Made by a program: the position numbers and the translations under genes. A model generated the notes under the pieces. The model worked only from the letters and a program-made list of their open reading frames with translations. It ran no database searches and had not been told where the DNA came from. 64,000 nt of DNA from Mytilus trossulus (lineage: Eukaryota). The stretch covers positions 50,592,001 through 50,656,000 of the forward strand of contig NC_086375.1 in assembly GCF_036588685.1 (NCBI RefSeq), given 5' to 3'. How positions within the stretch are numbered: the first letter of the stretch is position 1; every line of letters starts with the position of its first letter. Shown piece after piece: positions 61,337-64,000 of the stretch.

Positions 61337-63738
61337 ATGGGTTTGATGCCAGCCTTAATATTAGCCATGCAGTTAGTATTTACTGGGTATATCAAAAGAT
61401 TCAAAGTAGACACAATATTTGAAAAGCCGCTTACTGGTGTCTATGATTATATCATTGGTAAGAACACGTTAAACTAGATGCATTATAAGTAATATAATTA
61501 GTCCACTTCACCAATGATACTGTTGTAGACGTGTATAATTCGAAAAACGCACTTTTTGGATCCTTTATCAAACAGTCATAATTTAGCTTCTTAGCATATC
61601 ATGATATATACCAAGCTTATCATGTGCTACGGCAGAACTTGAAATTATCTCATTCGTAAATTTCAAACGTTGATTTATGTTTGTTATGGCTAAAAATTAT
61701 TCCGCATGACAATAGAGCCCCGTCAAACTAGTGAATCCAAAATGTACAATTTTATTTCCTCTCTCTCGTATAAATATATGGTCGGGTTTCTGATGGGAAC
61801 AGCTATATAGTTGATATATATATACATATATATATTAACACTTCATCGCGTTAATAAAAAGAAAGGTACTTTTAACAGTGAATATTTTGTAAAGTTGCAA
61901 TCATTCTTTTTTTTTTGTAAAATAAGAGGATCAACTGATTAAATTGTTTTCTATTAAAAAAAAATGTATGTTTTATGTTTTTATGTTGCACTGTGTTACA
62001 ACACTGTCCAATATAAGGGAGAACGTTTGGTTTTTTACTAAAGGCCAATATGAATTTAATGATTCCACTCACAATAAGATTTTATCCTCAATAACAAAGT
62101 CTAATTTCAATATTGATTCTTACATATGTATAGATTTTCTTACGGTCGAAAGACAAATGAATAATACAAATTGGTATTTAAAGTAACATGAATATTGATA
62201 TTTAACTTACTTTAGAAACATTTTACTGACAGCTGCGACTTAGTCGTGTTAACATATAGGCGTGGAGAAGTTTGGAAATAAACTTATGTGGGTGCTAAAG
62301 TAATATTAATAAAGTATTGCTAAAATGAACGCAGTATCAAATAAAACTTGCACGATGAAATGTTGATATAAGCTAGAAATGTTGATAAATTAGCTCCCCC
62401 ATAATATCCCCTTCACGCCTGATGATGCTTGTTCGTATAGCGAAGTGAGTTTATGTTTAATATACAGATGTATGTATAGCAATTTGTTAACGTGCCAATT
62501 GCGATTTAAGTGTTATATATTTATATAGTTGTGTAATATTCGCAGTGTCAAAAAAGAGATTGGTTTCTGATTGTCCAAAGTTAGGAGCCTGTAATTCAGT
62601 TGCTGTCATTTGTTGCTAAGTAACAAATTTGTTATCGTTAATTTCTTTGTACAATAATTTAGCTGTTAGTTTTCTCGTTTGAATTGTTTTACATTTGTCA
62701 GTTCAGGGCCTTTTAAAGCTGACTCACAATTCAAACGAGCAAAACCATTTTATCTTTGAACGTTTCAATAAATCAAAATCCCACTTCAATTCGAAGCAAT
62801 ATGTTTGCCTAGCTTGTTCTTAAACAGAAATGACATAACGTTCAGTTCATATAATAGTTATCAAAAGTATCAGGATTATAATTTTATACGCCAGACGCGC
62901 GTTTCGTCTACATAAGACTCATCAGTGACGCTCAGATCAAAATAGTTAAATAGGCAAATAAAAAAAGCATTGAGTATCCAAAATTCCTAAAAGTTGTGCC
63001 AAATATGGCTAAGGTAATCTACTCCTGGGGTCAGAAAAGTATAGTTTTTTTTAAAATTCAAAGTTTAGTATACAGAAAATTTATGAAAATGGCCATATAA
63101 TTGATATTCATGTCAACACCGAAGTCCTGACTACTGGGCTGGTGATACCCTCTGGGACGAAACGTCCACCAACAGTGGTATCGACCCAGTGGTGTAAATA
63201 GTTATCAAAAGAACTAGGATTATAATTTTTACGCCAGACGCGCGTTTCGTCTACATAAGACTCATTAGTGGCGCTCAGATCAAAATATAAGAGCGCATTT
63301 GGTTCTTTAAAGTGCAAAAAGGTTATGATAAACAGGTAACACTTCTTTCTTCTGTATTTTACTTCAACAACATTTTTATGAATGGAAATCAAGCACCACA
63401 TCTACGTGCATCTGCTTTTTAATTGAAGATGACTCCAAAGGTGAAGCTTAATAAAAAAAAAACTAGTTCTGAAAATGGTTCTATAGATTTTACATAAAAT
63501 ATCAAAATTTATTGTACATATGTATCATTCAGTTGGCGGTGGCACAGCAGGGTCAGTTCTCGCAACGAGGTTGAGTGAGGATCCAGTTACAGTATTAGTA
63601 TTAGAGGCCGGAGGTTCAGACTTGGAAAATAAATATGTTGATATACCACTGATGTCGACACACCTTCAATTCTCAGAGCAAGACTGGCAATACTTCACTG
63701 TCAAACAAGAGAGTGCAGGATATGCTCTAGATGGAAGG
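61337..63738 (+). CDS. 5' part of a GMC oxidoreductase (glucose dehydrogenase FAD/choline dehydrogenase-like); continues off the right edge
   Basis: Exons 61337-61457 and 63533-63738 join in phase 1 to give [33 protein letters not shown]...DWQYFTVKQ, the GMC FAD-binding N-terminus, after a hydrophobic leader. Confidence 0.9.
62888..62931 (-). ncRNA. Minimal type I hammerhead ribozyme (family A), intact
   Basis: Reverse complement gcgtca CTGATGA GTCT-tatgt-AGAC GAAA CGCGCG TC tggcgt. Confidence 0.9.
63112..63192 (-). ncRNA. Structured RNA module inside the retrozyme: closed pseudoknot plus cUUCGg hairpin
   Basis: Minus strand CCACUGGG uc GAUACC acu GUUGGUG GACG-uuu-CGUC ccagag GGUAUC ACCAGC CCAGUAG, then GUCAGGAC-UUCG-GUGUUGAC; homologue at about 57919-57999. 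Confidence 0.6.
63231..63274 (-). ncRNA. Hammerhead ribozyme (family A) with core substitution CUAAUGA
   Basis: Reverse complement gcgcca CTAATGA GTCT-tatgt-AGAC GAAA CGCGCG TC tggcgt. Confidence 0.8.
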
Positions 63739-64000
63739 GTAAATTATATAATTACACATATTAATCAAGGTTAAGAACTATTCTGAATTATTATAGGTAT
63801 TACTAGTATATGTAAATTATAAGCCATTAAAATCAACAGTATACCAATTAGTTGAAACCACAAAATATAGAAATACAACGAATCTTCATGTTATGTACAT
63901 TATTTTCTTTTTTAACGGTATATGATTTTCTTGTAATGCCCTTTATATTTTCTTTTTTTATATTTTGTATCCATTACCGCCGACGCGTTACGTTTGCGCG

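Larger units (their letters stand above)
62855..63287 (-). mobile_element. Complete family A retrozyme: 343-nt unit bounded by two tandem hammerheads, antisense in the GMC intron
   Basis: Direct repeats of about 89 nt at 62855-62944 and 63199-63287, each with a hammerhead; predicted cleavage-site C residues at 62894 and 63237. Confidence 0.88.

Noticed and set aside
62415-62452. ctgatgatgct...agcgaag as a hammerhead
   Set aside because: Lacks GAAA, the NUH triplet and convincing stems I and III.
63131-63192. HDV-like ribozyme call for the pseudoknot
   Set aside because: The helix order is similar, but there is no P1.1, P4 or J4/2 strand with the catalytic C; kept as an unclassified structure.
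63108-63401. 97-aa minus-strand ORF over the retrozyme
   Set aside because: It starts outside the repeat, resembles no domain I recognise, and homologous copies differ by indels; the sequence is better explained by RNA structure.

Overview
AT-rich (about 30% GC by eye), intron-rich, repeat-rich animal DNA; the repeat families and gene types point to a bivalve, most likely a Mytilus-type mussel (inference). Six spliced genes were rebuilt by hand from splice sites and exon phase: (1) the 5' end of a thioester-protein/CD109-like gene (-, runs off the left edge); (2) a 4-TM MS4A/CD20-like gene with a GC-AG first intron and a PTAPPPPY tail (+); (3) a small Pro/Gly-rich, Cys-containing tail-anchored protein (+); (4) a signal peptide + 6-Ig + TM receptor (-); (5) a 14-exon gene whose acidic N-terminal 574 codons are open but whose TM-Ig-Ig-TM half carries three in-frame stops (-); (6) the 5' end of a GMC oxidoreductase (+). 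The most striking content is non-coding RNA structure in mobile DNA. Two 5'-truncated Naiad-type Penelope-like RT elements have a SECIS-like hairpin in the 3' UTR. About ten minimal type I hammerhead ribozyme motifs (intact to degenerate) fall into three sequence families with different palindromic stem III sequences, including a complete 343-nt retrozyme unit that also carries an unexplained closed pseudoknot plus cUUCGg hairpin. Several MITEs, a HINE-like element, older PLE relics and short tandem repeats are also present. No database searches were run; family names rest on motif recognition.
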